64,000 nt of DNA from a virus. Its lineage: Duplodnaviria > Heunggongvirae > Uroviricota > Caudoviricetes. Shown here piece after piece: positions 27,269 to 36,835 of the stretch. Location: positions 17,241-81,240 of IMG/VR virus record IMGVR_UViG_3300028832_000098; one strand, 5' to 3'. A program made the translations under genes and the position numbers. Every line of letters starts with the position of its first letter. Within the stretch, counting starts at the first letter, position 1. The notes under the pieces are model-generated. The model worked only from the letters and a program-made list of their open reading frames with translations, did no database searches and was not told the origin of the DNA.

Positions 27269-27985
27269 TTATACCGGAATATGATATTCCTCCATAGAAA
27301 CATTTTTCTTCGTCTGCATCCTCGCCTGCATCTTATACGCTATAATCTGAGCTTCCTTGCATGTCTCCATATATTTTTCGGTGTTAAGCTCGAGTGCATA
27401 TTCCTTTGCAAGCTTCATCAACTCGTTATACTTTACGCGTAATGCCTTATATTCCGTCATTGCTGGCGTGTTCTGCTCCGGCTGGCTTTTCTTCTCAGAC
27501 CGTTTTTTCAGGCATTCGCTGCACGTCTTATATGTAGAGAACTTGAAAGCAGTCAATGGCAGTTCCTGCCCGCAAACATGACATACCTTTGTTTCGTTCT
27601 CCCTGCTTTCAGCAAGCTGCTTTTGCCGTACGGTATTGAATCCCACAGACCTTTTGATTTTATCATATTCGTTACGGAACTCATCATTGGTTTTCTTGAT
27701 TTCCTGAAACGCGTGTGTCGTAATTCCAGACTCTTTAAGCGATGTCATGAAGTTCTTGCCTGACTTATATGCTTCGAGGAAAACCTTCATTTGCTTCTCG
27801 CGTTTGCCTTCAGGAACCTTGCTCTTCTTATAGTTCTCTATGGTAGTACGCTTGCAGGCTGCGTCAAACTCGTCGTCTACCTTGCGTATCTTCTGTACTT
27901 TCTCTTGTGAAATATGAAGGTAGTTACAGGTATCTTTAAGATTCCCGAACTCCTTATACATTTTTATGAACAGCTCTTTATCCAT
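27269..27985 (-). CDS. putative DNA-binding protein (HTH-like repeats plus Zn ribbon)
   Basis: CHVC...CSEC; Lys-rich helical N-terminus. Confidence 0.55.
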   Translation of the reverse strand: MDKELFIKMYKEFGNLKDTCNYLHISQEKVQKIRKVDDEFDAACKRTTIENYKKSKVPEGKREKQMKVFLEAYKSGKNFMTSLKESGITTHAFQEIKKTNDEFRNEYDKIKRSVGFNTVRQKQLAESRENETKVCHVCGQELPLTAFKFSTYKTCSECLKKRSEKKSQPEQNTPAMTEYKALRVKYNELMKLAKEYALELNTEKYMETCKEAQIIAYKMQARMQTKKNVSMEEYHIPV

Positions 27986-27986
27986 C

Positions 27987-28238
27987 TCAGTGGTTGTTAT
28001 TTGCTTTGAGTTCTTCTATTTTCTTATCTATCATTTCAAACAAATGCTGGGTAGTACTCATTAGTTTCAGGCTCGTAAGAAACTTTATGAATTCTTCGTT
28101 CTTCGTAACGGCCATTTTCTTCACAGCAGCCTTAAGCTCATCTTCCACGAATACAAGCTCTGTGTCGTTGTCTGTAATGCCGTCGACAATTCTTTGAATA
28201 AGTTCGTCATCAATGTCTTCTCTAATTTTTCTTTCCAT
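27987..28238 (-). CDS. hypothetical protein
   Basis: 83 aa ORF. Confidence 0.65.
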   Translation of the reverse strand: MERKIREDIDDELIQRIVDGITDNDTELVFVEDELKAAVKKMAVTKNEEFIKFLTSLKLMSTTQHLFEMIDKKIEELKANNNH

Positions 28239-28494
28239 GTTTGCGCAATTTTTGTTTGATCCACATCTTTATCCTTGTCGTGAAGTCAGGCTCGAAGTCC
28301 TTGCAATATTCGTTTATAACACTTTTCTCAAGAACCTTGTAGCAGTATTGAAAGCTTCTTTGGCCATAAATCCTTGAATATAACGGAGCCTTCTTGCAAC
28401 AGCATGTCCCTATTCCTGCCAGGTTAGTCTCAGATATGATGCAGTGCTTGCAGTTAACGCAGCAGATGTCATAATTGAGTTCAGTATTTTCCAT
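28222..28494 (-). CDS. Cys-rich small protein
   Basis: CCVNCKHC...C. Confidence 0.65.
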   Translation of the reverse strand: MENTELNYDICCVNCKHCIISETNLAGIGTCCCKKAPLYSRIYGQRSFQYCYKVLEKSVINEYCKDFEPDFTTRIKMWIKQKLRKHGKKN

Positions 28495-28495
28495 C

Positions 28496-28918
28496 CTAAA
28501 GAACCTTTCTTATTACCAACAACTTTCTTACCTCTTCCCAGTCAACGAACACATTACCTCTTCCGTCAGCGATAAGCGGCACGCCGAGAGCGCAGTCGTC
28601 TATATACATGTTCGCATATATCTTCTTGCTTTCCGTCCAGGCCTTCTGTGAAGGATTCTCGTTAACGCCGTATAATTCTATACCGTTCTCATTGAACCAG
28701 TCGACAGCATCCTGTAATGTATCCTTTTCAGTTGCTATATATCCTTTCTCAGAGGCGTGCTTTGTCTTTTCAGACGGATGAGACCTCATTGTACACAATA
28801 TCAACTTGTGTCCTGCCTCTACAAGTTCTTTCAATACAGGCACTGCTCCTATGTCTTCTCCTACTTCTGGAAACTGATGCTTTACGCATGTTCCGTCAAA
28901 ATCTACTGCTATATACAT
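28496..28918 (-). CDS. HAD-superfamily phosphatase (BT0820-like)
   Basis: IAVDFDGT...LILCTMR...KKIYANMYIDD. Confidence 0.9.
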   Translation of the reverse strand: MYIAVDFDGTCVKHQFPEVGEDIGAVPVLKELVEAGHKLILCTMRSHPSEKTKHASEKGYIATEKDTLQDAVDWFNENGIELYGVNENPSQKAWTESKKIYANMYIDDCALGVPLIADGRGNVFVDWEEVRKLLVIRKVL

Positions 28919-28936
28919 TTCTTTCTATTTTTATAA

Positions 28937-29485
28937 TTAGATATTCATTTCTGAAAGCTGCTTGAAATAACTTTCTATCTCCTGGAATTCAACAGGTTTG
29001 TAATCGTGGAATTCACAGTTGACGTTATAGTATTTATCGCTTCCGGCCGGCAGCGTCATATCGTAGTCATGTTCGCTGTCAGGTACGTGGATATGTCCGT
29101 GAATGTTTCCACGGCATTCTTTCAGAAACAGAGGATGAATAGGTATATGCGTACATAGAAAACCTTTGTACTTCAGCACTCCCATAACAGGTATGTTCAT
29201 ACCAGTAATCGCCTTGCAGCATTTCTGTATGTCATGATTCCCGCCTACAACGGTTATATCGCCTCTAAGCTGTTTCAGCAAACAAAGATTCGAGTGTTTC
29301 TCCATAGTCAGGTCACCGAGGACATATACCTTGTCGTGTTTAGTAACGATGCTGTTCCAGTTCTCGATAATAAGCTCGTCTGACTCCTTTGCTGACATTT
29401 TCCTCAAAGCTTGCGTAAGAAGCTCATGACCGAAATGCAGGTCTGATGTAAAAAATACTTTTCCCATAAGATTTTTCAGTATCAA
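28937..29485 (-). CDS. calcineurin-like metallophosphoesterase
   Basis: SDLHFGH, LGD, GNHD, THIP, NIHGHIH. Confidence 0.92.
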   Translation of the reverse strand: MILKNLMGKVFFTSDLHFGHELLTQALRKMSAKESDELIIENWNSIVTKHDKVYVLGDLTMEKHSNLCLLKQLRGDITVVGGNHDIQKCCKAITGMNIPVMGVLKYKGFLCTHIPIHPLFLKECRGNIHGHIHVPDSEHDYDMTLPAGSDKYYNVNCEFHDYKPVEFQEIESYFKQLSEMNI

Positions 29486-29880
29486 TTATTTAGATTATGC
29501 TGCTTCAAGATAGCTTCTTTTTCAATGGCGGCATTACTGTCAAGAATATCACGGAAAAGCTCCATACGTTTCAAGTAGTTTTCAAAAGCCAGCCTGTAAT
29601 CAGAATGTATGTTTGTACTGTATTTATTAAGGCGTTCCGCGATAATATCCTTTGTTTCTTGAGATGACAAGTCAAATACCAGCATATCATCAAAACTAAT
29701 CCATTTACTGTCTTTGTATTTGAATGTATGATATACCTTTTTACACTCGTTATCATAAGTATAAACTCTTACCTCTTCAGAGTTTGCTGAATAAATTACA
29801 GCTTTGTTGATTCTTCCACTATGTCTTATGACCCATGCGTCATGAAACATATCTTTTGGTAAATTTTGAATATCAGTCAT
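29482..29880 (-). CDS. hypothetical protein
   Basis: 132 aa ORF. Confidence 0.65.
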   Translation of the reverse strand: MTDIQNLPKDMFHDAWVIRHSGRINKAVIYSANSEEVRVYTYDNECKKVYHTFKYKDSKWISFDDMLVFDLSSQETKDIIAERLNKYSTNIHSDYRLAFENYLKRMELFRDILDSNAAIEKEAILKQHNLNN

Positions 29881-29897
29881 AGCAATTTATTTTTAAG

Positions 29898-30386
29898 TTA
29901 TACGTAAAGCTTTGGAGAAATCCCTTGCATAAGCGCGCTGCCTGCTATCATCATATTCCCAAACAGCCTACGCATTTTCTCGTTGTGCTTTTTAATAAGT
30001 TCCGCATTAGTTTCATCGCTGACAAACTCGTCGTACTCTTTCTTCGAATCTTCGAAATTGCCAAGTACAATAGGCTGGCATTTAAACCATTCGATATTGC
30101 TGTCGCACTGACGTACATACTGTCCTATCGAATTCATAGACGTTGTGCTTATTGCAGCCTTGCCTGAAAGACTCTCGCAGTCCTGAATATCGGTAAACAG
30201 GGATGACAATGTGTAATATGCCCTGATATAGTCTTCACGGAATCTTCTTAACCCTGTATTATGTATGTCGTCTTCAGTCGTTCTCAGCTGAAACTTATAT
30301 TCGTCGCAAATCTTATAGAGAACATGGTCGCCGCCATATTTCTCTATAAGAGCCTGAATAATTTTTAATGCTTTTGATTTTGTCAT
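29898..30386 (-). CDS. hypothetical protein
   Basis: 162 aa ORF. Confidence 0.65.
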   Translation of the reverse strand: MTKSKALKIIQALIEKYGGDHVLYKICDEYKFQLRTTEDDIHNTGLRRFREDYIRAYYTLSSLFTDIQDCESLSGKAAISTTSMNSIGQYVRQCDSNIEWFKCQPIVLGNFEDSKKEYDEFVSDETNAELIKKHNEKMRRLFGNMMIAGSALMQGISPKLYV

Positions 30387-30403
30387 TTTGTTTTATGCCT
30401 TTA

Positions 30404-30844
30404 TTATTTTTCTACAAGCTTCTTCACTACTTCACCAAGCTTCTTCTCAATCTGTTCGTTAACACGGTGTTCGAAATCATAGTTTGCAAGGAATTCTTCG
30501 GCATGTGTTTGGAACATATTGATATGCTTGTTGATTTTGTCTTGAATGCCTTGGATATTTTCTTGAACTGACTTTTCTATCAATTCTGACACAGCTGCAT
30601 CAAAAATCTCTTTGTAGTCTTTCGTAAACGATGACCGTAGGAATGTCTTTTCAAACATTGCCTTGAGAACATCCTCTCGAAGCTGCTTGCTGACATTGCA
30701 GTCATTATCGAAAGCACCCTTGGCCACTCTTTTCGCTACACCGTCAATGATGGCGTCCTTGATTTTAATTTGAACTTCTGGGTCTTTCGCGACTTCCAAG
30801 ATAGTTTCTTTATCCTGCAAAGCCAAAATAATTTTATTGTTCAT
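30404..30844 (-). CDS. helical hypothetical protein
   Basis: 146 aa ORF. Confidence 0.7.
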   Translation of the reverse strand: MNNKIILALQDKETILEVAKDPEVQIKIKDAIIDGVAKRVAKGAFDNDCNVSKQLREDVLKAMFEKTFLRSSFTKDYKEIFDAAVSELIEKSVQENIQGIQDKINKHINMFQTHAEEFLANYDFEHRVNEQIEKKLGEVVKKLVEK

Positions 30845-30864
30845 GTCTGTAAATGTTTTTGTTT

Positions 30865-30882
30865 AATATAAAAAACAACGTT
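30865..30882 (-). promoter_or_regulatory. putative middle promoter motif, copy 5
   Basis: aatataaaaaacaacgtt on plus strand. Confidence 0.75.
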
Positions 30883-31389
30883 TTAATATGATTTGCCGTG
30901 CTTATGCTCTCTCTGCTCGTTATACTTGAGCTTAGCGTCTATATATTTCTGGATGTCGAGACCGAGGTATCCGCAGAGGTCAAACATCCTTATAAAAACG
31001 TCGGCTAACTCATCTTCGAAGCTATCCTTTATGAATCCCTTGAAAACTACAGGGTCTGAAATGTCGTGGCTTGCCGCAACCTCCTCTATGTCGCAATGTC
31101 TGCCGTTCCTATCTGCCTCAAGAGCTTCTGAGAGTTCTGAAACAATAAGCATCAGCATTGTGCCGAGTTCACGGCTTTTATCATAGAAACCCTTCTCGAC
31201 ATTTTTTTCATGGATTTTCTTAGACATCCATTTAAGGTGGGTGTCGTCTGCCCATTTCAATATGTTTCCTTCGGTCTGAGTCGGCTTCTTGTAATCCGTG
31301 TGGATGTCGCCGTCATTCACAGCAAGTGTGTAATCTCTGCCAATCTGGTATGATTGGGCGTCTTCAAAAGTCAAATTGTAATTTCCCAT
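30883..31389 (-). CDS. mazG: MazG-like NTP pyrophosphohydrolase
   Basis: LMLIVSELSEALEADR...EDELADVFIR..D....K..YN. Confidence 0.85.
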   Translation of the reverse strand: MGNYNLTFEDAQSYQIGRDYTLAVNDGDIHTDYKKPTQTEGNILKWADDTHLKWMSKKIHEKNVEKGFYDKSRELGTMLMLIVSELSEALEADRNGRHCDIEEVAASHDISDPVVFKGFIKDSFEDELADVFIRMFDLCGYLGLDIQKYIDAKLKYNEQREHKHGKSY

Positions 31390-31393
31390 ATTT

Positions 31394-31921
31394 TTAAATC
31401 ATTAAATATTGTTTAACTAATTCTGGATATTCTTTAAGGAACAACGTAGCATACTTCTTATTCTTGAATATAAGAAGCTGGTATATGGATGCTGGACTTA
31501 TCTCAGGTCCGTTACTGCCCCTCACGATTATTGCGTTAGCCTTGTCCCATTCCTCAGGACTTATGACGCCGCCAAACCTTTTGTCATGCAGAAGTATCTG
31601 CGAAATCTGAGACATAGACTTCGAGCACAAAGCCTGCTTCTCCGTCGCGAATACGTTATACGTGTCCTCTGTAAACAGTAGCGGACTATTCTGTTTGATA
31701 ATCATTGCAGATTCATCAATATAATATCCGGTGACTTCACGTACTGTTTTCGCACGCTCTGCCCAGCTTACGTCTTTTCTAAACACAATTCTTGAAAAAG
31801 AAGATTTCTCTTCATCTATGACGTATCCTTTCGGAACTTTCACGTCATAAAATTTTTCTTCTTGTTCCTCTCCTTGTTTTTCTTTAGATTTCTCTCCTGA
31901 TTTTTTCTTATCGCACCACAT
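31394..31921 (-). CDS. hypothetical protein, paralog of 46725-47231
   Basis: P.GY.ID.E.S.F..I; FATEK.A...QISQI...D.RFGG.I...EW. Confidence 0.8.
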   Translation of the reverse strand: MWCDKKKSGEKSKEKQGEEQEEKFYDVKVPKGYVIDEEKSSFSRIVFRKDVSWAERAKTVREVTGYYIDESAMIIKQNSPLLFTEDTYNVFATEKQALCSKSMSQISQILLHDKRFGGVISPEEWDKANAIIVRGSNGPEISPASIYQLLIFKNKKYATLFLKEYPELVKQYLMI

Positions 31922-31927
31922 AATTTC

Positions 31928-32347
31928 TTATTTTTTATTCTTAATAACTTCTATAGCTGAATTGATTACGCTGTCAATAGGATTCTGACTCCCTTCCCCG
32001 TTATTATTCCAGTTGACTATCTTTGTATGCGTATCGTCAAACCTATATGAAGATTCTTCAGGAATTCCTAAATCCTTTACAGGGTCAAGTATCGCAATTT
32101 CCATAAGCTCAGTCATCATGGAATTTAGGTCGGCATGTCTTTCTCCTGCCTCCGGATAGCCGTCAAAAATATAGAACATTACGCCTGAGCGGATATACGT
32201 CACCTTTATCTTGCACCAATATATGACAGTGTCGTCGGTTATTCGTAATCCACCGAAGTTATACCAATATTCCTCGCCTGCCTTGATATGTTCGGAATAC
32301 TCGCTGCCGAAAAGGTCTCCAAGCTTCGTAGAAAAAGTTGATTCCAT
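31928..32347 (-). CDS. hypothetical protein
   Basis: 139 aa ORF. Confidence 0.65.
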   Translation of the reverse strand: MESTFSTKLGDLFGSEYSEHIKAGEEYWYNFGGLRITDDTVIYWCKIKVTYIRSGVMFYIFDGYPEAGERHADLNSMMTELMEIAILDPVKDLGIPEESSYRFDDTHTKIVNWNNNGEGSQNPIDSVINSAIEVIKNKK

Positions 32348-32348
32348 A

Positions 32349-32735
32349 TTATTTTCCCTCGTATTTCGCTTTAAGGCGTTCGTATTCTGAACGCTCGTAC
32401 TTTTCTATATCCTGCTGTAATTGCTCGTCTTTGTCGTCAATTTCCTGCAGTACACTGTCAAAATATTTTTCAAGGGCTTCATCAGAATAAAACGCGTCTA
32501 TAGGGATTTCTTCTGAATAATCATACCAGGATTCACCTTTTGAGCTGTAGTATTCAGCTATTACGAAATCATCATCATACAACGAGACGTCATCACATTT
32601 CGATATGTTAAGCTCTACGCCTCTTTCTTCAGCCTTCTCGATAATTTCTGCTCCTCTCTCAAGAATAAGTGTCCTACACTCATCTTCAAGACGCTTGAAT
32701 TCGTCTATCTTTTCTTTTGTCAATCCTTCTATCAT
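32349..32735 (-). CDS. paralog family G protein
   Basis: EGLTKE..PIDA.YSDEAL..EYERLKAKY. Confidence 0.8.
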   Translation of the reverse strand: MIEGLTKEKIDEFKRLEDECRTLILERGAEIIEKAEERGVELNISKCDDVSLYDDDFVIAEYYSSKGESWYDYSEEIPIDAFYSDEALEKYFDSVLQEIDDKDEQLQQDIEKYERSEYERLKAKYEGK

Positions 32736-32746
32736 AATATCTAATT

Positions 32747-33061
32747 TTATATAGTTTCTTCATCTTCATAGTTCTGGAGAACCTTTATGGGGATACATTC
32801 ACGTCTAACGCTTTCTCCATTGCAAAGGTAACTGAATTTGACATAAGGCAACCGCATCGGCGAATGCGCGTCAGGGTTAAGGTTTACTTCTTCCACCTGG
32901 CAAAGCGCGTCTCTGTTTATGTCTTTATTCTTGTCAAACCATTTTCTTACCGCTTTGCCAAACACTTCGGTAATGACCTTTTTCTCATTCTCGATAATTT
33001 TTTCCTTATCTATTCTAATAGTTCGCAGAACCATTACTGCTTCTTCTATTGTAGCATCCAT
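32747..33061 (-). CDS. hypothetical protein (C-terminus similar to that of 33083-33763)
   Basis: P[YF]V.F.Y...LxxxE ending shared. Confidence 0.65.
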   Translation of the reverse strand: MDATIEEAVMVLRTIRIDKEKIIENEKKVITEVFGKAVRKWFDKNKDINRDALCQVEEVNLNPDAHSPMRLPYVKFSYLCNGESVRRECIPIKVLQNYEDEETI

Positions 33062-33082
33062 AATTTTCCAACTTATTAAACG

Positions 33083-33763
33083 TTAATCACATTTTATTTC
33101 ATAAGTCATTTCGAATCCTTTCAAAGTATTCAATGACAAGTATCCCTCAGTTTTTTCGTTATTACTATTGGTATAATAGAAATGAACAAAAGGTTCCTGT
33201 ATCGCACAGTTCTTTAAAGGCTTTGTATAAACATTTTCAATACGTTCAAACTTTTCGCCATCATAACGGTATTCTTTAAACCATGCCTTCAAGACATCAG
33301 TCAGCTCAGTCTCTACGAGATTATCAAATCTCTTCATTAGCTTGTCATATTCTTCAGAAATTTCGTCAAGCTTGTCGAAGACAGACTTTTTCTGGCAGGC
33401 TGCGGTATCCAAAGGTTCCTTATAGAATTCATCAACCAGGCCTTCTATTGTGAATATCTTGCCTAAATATGGGTCATCAAGTCCATGTCCGCCTTTTAAG
33501 GTCGTGACTTCATAACCTTGAAGACAGTTCTCATGGATATACGGCATGATGACGTATTGTTTGGGAATCGACAGATATTCGTCGAAGTGAACGAAAAGAG
33601 GATTATCCGCGAAATCAGACAAAGCGCGCTTGTCTTCATTTACGCATATTTCTTGCGCGAATAACACTTCTTCATTGTGAAGTATCCGAATTATTTCATT
33701 TTTACTTTTCATACTTGGTTTATTTAAACAGAAATTACAAAAGAATTTTATGGATGACGTCAA
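33083..33763 (-). CDS. two-module hypothetical protein
   Basis: 226 aa ORF. Confidence 0.7.
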   Translation of the reverse strand: MTSSIKFFCNFCLNKPSMKSKNEIIRILHNEEVLFAQEICVNEDKRALSDFADNPLFVHFDEYLSIPKQYVIMPYIHENCLQGYEVTTLKGGHGLDDPYLGKIFTIEGLVDEFYKEPLDTAACQKKSVFDKLDEISEEYDKLMKRFDNLVETELTDVLKAWFKEYRYDGEKFERIENVYTKPLKNCAIQEPFVHFYYTNSNNEKTEGYLSLNTLKGFEMTYEIKCD

Positions 33764-33935
33764 ACATCACTTTCTCATCTTTATTTCCGGCTTCAAGCTT
33801 TTCCTTTTCACGAAGAGCGTCTCTTAATGACCTGTAAACTCCAATGATTGCTGTCGGCGCCTTAAACCATTCGACACCGTCTATGATTTCAGTCTTTACA
33901 AGAACTGATACTTGTATATCATTAAACTTTCCCAT
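33735..33935 (-). CDS. hypothetical protein
   Basis: 66 aa ORF. Confidence 0.6.
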   Translation of the reverse strand: MGKFNDIQVSVLVKTEIIDGVEWFKAPTAIIGVYRSLRDALREKEKLEAGNKDEKVMFDVIHKILL

Positions 33936-33949
33936 AGGCTACTTACATT

Positions 33950-34477
33950 TTACTTTTTCGGCATATCGTCAGAAATTACATATCTGCAACCGAATATCGA
34001 ATTAAGCCATTCCACTCGCTTTTGAATATCTTCAAGGTAGTTGTCCACATCAATGACATTCAATGAAATTGAATCCGGCTCGCTGCTACCAAACATCCGC
34101 TCTCGCTCAATGACATATTTCTTTTGATGCTTGAACTTATATGAATCAAGAAAATGAGAAATGATGTACATATTAGAAACCTTTACGATGTTTGCAATCT
34201 TGTAATCTTCATCTATAACTGTATTGATAAAAAGCAGTAACATCTTCCGGAATAAGTCTGGATGTTCCTTAGCGGCAATTTCATTATATGTGAACATCAT
34301 ACGGCGCTTGTTACCATCATAAGACAATACTCGCTTGATTTCAAACATATCCTTGCAGCTGTCTATGACATACTGAGCTTCGTGCATCTCGCAATCATAC
34401 TTGTCGACAAATTCCTTTCCGTCAATAGAAACAAAGACTTCCGACATTACTTCTTTCTTAACCTGTTTTACTTGCAT
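33950..34477 (-). CDS. hypothetical protein, paralog of 20063-20572
   Basis: Shared N-terminal motif. Confidence 0.7.
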   Translation of the reverse strand: MQVKQVKKEVMSEVFVSIDGKEFVDKYDCEMHEAQYVIDSCKDMFEIKRVLSYDGNKRRMMFTYNEIAAKEHPDLFRKMLLLFINTVIDEDYKIANIVKVSNMYIISHFLDSYKFKHQKKYVIERERMFGSSEPDSISLNVIDVDNYLEDIQKRVEWLNSIFGCRYVISDDMPKK

Positions 34478-34502
34478 TTTTACCTCCTTGCTATTTTGTT
34501 TC

Positions 34503-34519
34503 TTATAAAAAACAACATT
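34503..34519 (-). promoter_or_regulatory. putative middle promoter motif, copy 6
   Basis: ttataaaaaacaacatt on plus strand. Confidence 0.65.
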
Positions 34520-34592
34520 TTAACAAAAGTAGTTTGAAGATTCTATAAATTATTTTTATTATACTGATAACCAATATATTATAAGTTCATAA

Positions 34593-35435
34593 CTAATCCT
34601 CAGACTCTTCCTGAATTTCATTGTCCATAAGAACTGAAATATCCTTGTAGATATTTCCGATGACATCAAAATGCTGGGCGTCAGCTATGCCTGTAATGCC
34701 GTAATGGTTGCATCTCTTGTCAGATTTGTTCAGATTGCCATCTTCATCGACATACCCGGAATCCTGCATATAGCGCAGCTTGACGTAACATCCTTCCCGC
34801 TCGCAGATATAGACTCCTGCTTTTTCCTTTACCTTATACAATGAAAACATGTGGTCGTGCAAGTCGTGGTGCACAAAAATAATGTCACCCTCGAATATCT
34901 TTATCTTCTTTCTGTCCCTGCTGTCGGTTTCGATTTCTTCACAGAATTTAGAATGGCCTACATACTTGAGGTCAGTGCGGTTTCTCAGGATGTCTGCAAG
35001 GACGAGAATATCAGATGATTCTGAAAGGTTCACATCAACCTCCTCCATTTCGCCTTCTTGCCCTTCGACCTTCTTTTCGAAATAGTACCTTCTGATGTCA
35101 GCAGGCTCTTCGTAACTTCTTCTATGCAGAGTGACTGAGTTATGTATGTTGTCATACGCAACCTTCGCTATATTCAGAGCTTCTGGGAAGTATTTCGCAA
35201 ACTTACCGTTAAGTTCGCTTTCGATAAGTCTCAGATTCTTGAAATATCCAGCAGAGAAAATACTGTACAGCTTCTCGGCATTCGAGTCATCATACCCGTT
35301 TGCTTTCGCTTGCTTGACAAAACGCTCAATAGAGACGTACTGCCGTAATTCGTCATACATGTCTTTCCATTTCGAAAGCTCCTGCATTTTTTCGAAGGTT
35401 AAATTTTCATTGTTCTTTTCCATAACTTTTATCAT
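34593..35435 (-). CDS. YopX-like domain protein
   Basis: DRKKIKIFEGDII...FDVIGNIY. Confidence 0.7.
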   Translation of the reverse strand: MIKVMEKNNENLTFEKMQELSKWKDMYDELRQYVSIERFVKQAKANGYDDSNAEKLYSIFSAGYFKNLRLIESELNGKFAKYFPEALNIAKVAYDNIHNSVTLHRRSYEEPADIRRYYFEKKVEGQEGEMEEVDVNLSESSDILVLADILRNRTDLKYVGHSKFCEEIETDSRDRKKIKIFEGDIIFVHHDLHDHMFSLYKVKEKAGVYICEREGCYVKLRYMQDSGYVDEDGNLNKSDKRCNHYGITGIADAQHFDVIGNIYKDISVLMDNEIQEESED

Positions 35436-35765
35436 TTAAGTTTTTTTGAAATCGTTGACAAGCTCCTTGACTGATAACGTTATCGAACAAGGTCCTGACG
35501 CAATCACGCCTACATAGTTCAATGAATTCTTTTCAAGTCATTTGAGAAGCTCGTCAAACATAAATTTTCTTTCTTCGTCAAACTTTTCGTCTTTCAGTTT
35601 AGCGATTTCACTGCATGCGACTTCAACATCAAGCTCGCCTATGTCTTTACCTGCATATTCTGAAGCTATTCGTTTCGAAAGTTCAGAATTGATACAGCTC
35701 CTAACTATATTTCTCCGATATTGTCGTTTCATTTCCTTATTGTTTATGTAACTGACTCTCTTCAT
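35436..35765 (-). pseudogene. gene interrupted by an in-frame TGA (35538-35540) at a probable Trp position
   Basis: ...DELLK*LEKNSLNY...KELVNDFKKT; the TAA abuts the next ATG; matches the EWLEENA...DFKKAM module of 36028-36450. Confidence 0.7.
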
Positions 35766-36024
35766 TTACAGTAGAAATATAATGCTGAACTGCCGCAAGA
35801 GCGGAGTCATATCCAAACTGGTGCAGTATTGAGAAAATCTGTTGCTCTTTCGCCTTCGCACACTTCTCCATTTCCACCTTATGACATTCATCTTTCCATT
35901 GCGCCATTTCGAGCAAGTCTTCCCTTAGAGCTTCACGTAAGGCGTCGAAATCAACCACGTCGTACACCTGGTACGCGTTAGACATCTGTACTATCTCTTC
36001 TATTTTTTCCTTATCTGTAATCAT
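35737..36024 (-). CDS. small hypothetical protein (EMAQWKDE motif)
   Basis: 95 aa ORF. Confidence 0.7.
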   Translation of the reverse strand: MITDKEKIEEIVQMSNAYQVYDVVDFDALREALREDLLEMAQWKDECHKVEMEKCAKAKEQQIFSILHQFGYDSALAAVQHYISTVNEESQLHKQ

Positions 36025-36027
36025 AAG

Positions 36028-36450
36028 TTATTTTTCCATAGCTTTCTTGAAGTCTTCAAGCATACTTTCAATATCATAGGTATCGCCTTGCCCTGCAAGA
36101 CCGACCTTTATGTAATTATAGGAATAGGCATTCTCTTCAAGCCATTCGCACGCTTTCTCAATAAGCTTAGACTTCTTACAGTCGTAATTTTTTACCTTGC
36201 TGGTTTCTCTAAACCACACCTGCTTTGCCTCGTCAACGAGAGCGTTTACCTCTTCGACGGATTCCTTGACATATAGGTCTCTCGAGCCTCGTGCTCCGGA
36301 CGTAAGGTGTATCTTCGTCATGGTATCCATTCTAACTGCTCCGCGGAAATCATCCTTATGGACATAGACAAATTTGCCTACGGCATTGGTGACACGGAAG
36401 CTGACGCTTACGTTTACTGTTCTTGTCACTAAAAATTTTTTATCATCCAT
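36028..36450 (-). CDS. two-module hypothetical protein
   Basis: C-terminal KACEWLEEN...EDFKKAM module. Confidence 0.7.
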   Translation of the reverse strand: MDDKKFLVTRTVNVSVSFRVTNAVGKFVYVHKDDFRGAVRMDTMTKIHLTSGARGSRDLYVKESVEEVNALVDEAKQVWFRETSKVKNYDCKKSKLIEKACEWLEENAYSYNYIKVGLAGQGDTYDIESMLEDFKKAMEK

Positions 36451-36461
36451 AACCGCGGAAA

Positions 36462-36827
36462 TTAAGAATTAACTTGGATTTTCTTTGTACAGACAGTAGC
36501 AGCGGCATAAATCACGTTGCCTTTGTACAAAAGGCGTTCAAGATGGAAGCCGTCAAGCTTGTCAGAAAAGTTTATCTGATATTTAATGTCATTGCTGTTA
36601 TATTCTTTGTCGATGTCATCTTCTTCGTACCATGACATATCCATATTGTCTGGATTCAGAAACTCACGTATGCAAACTTTCTCTTTCATCAGTCTGTGGT
36701 CGGGGGTATCTGTCCATTCATAGCTGGTTCCTCCGTATAGATGGGCGAGACAAACCGATTTCTGATACCACCTGCCGGATTTCGGCTCATAACATTTTGT
36801 CCTATAGACAATACTTTCCATTTCCAT
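36462..36827 (-). CDS. hypothetical protein
   Basis: 121 aa ORF. Confidence 0.65.
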   Translation of the reverse strand: MEMESIVYRTKCYEPKSGRWYQKSVCLAHLYGGTSYEWTDTPDHRLMKEKVCIREFLNPDNMDMSWYEEDDIDKEYNSNDIKYQINFSDKLDGFHLERLLYKGNVIYAAATVCTKKIQVNS

Positions 36828-36835
36828 AATTGAAA

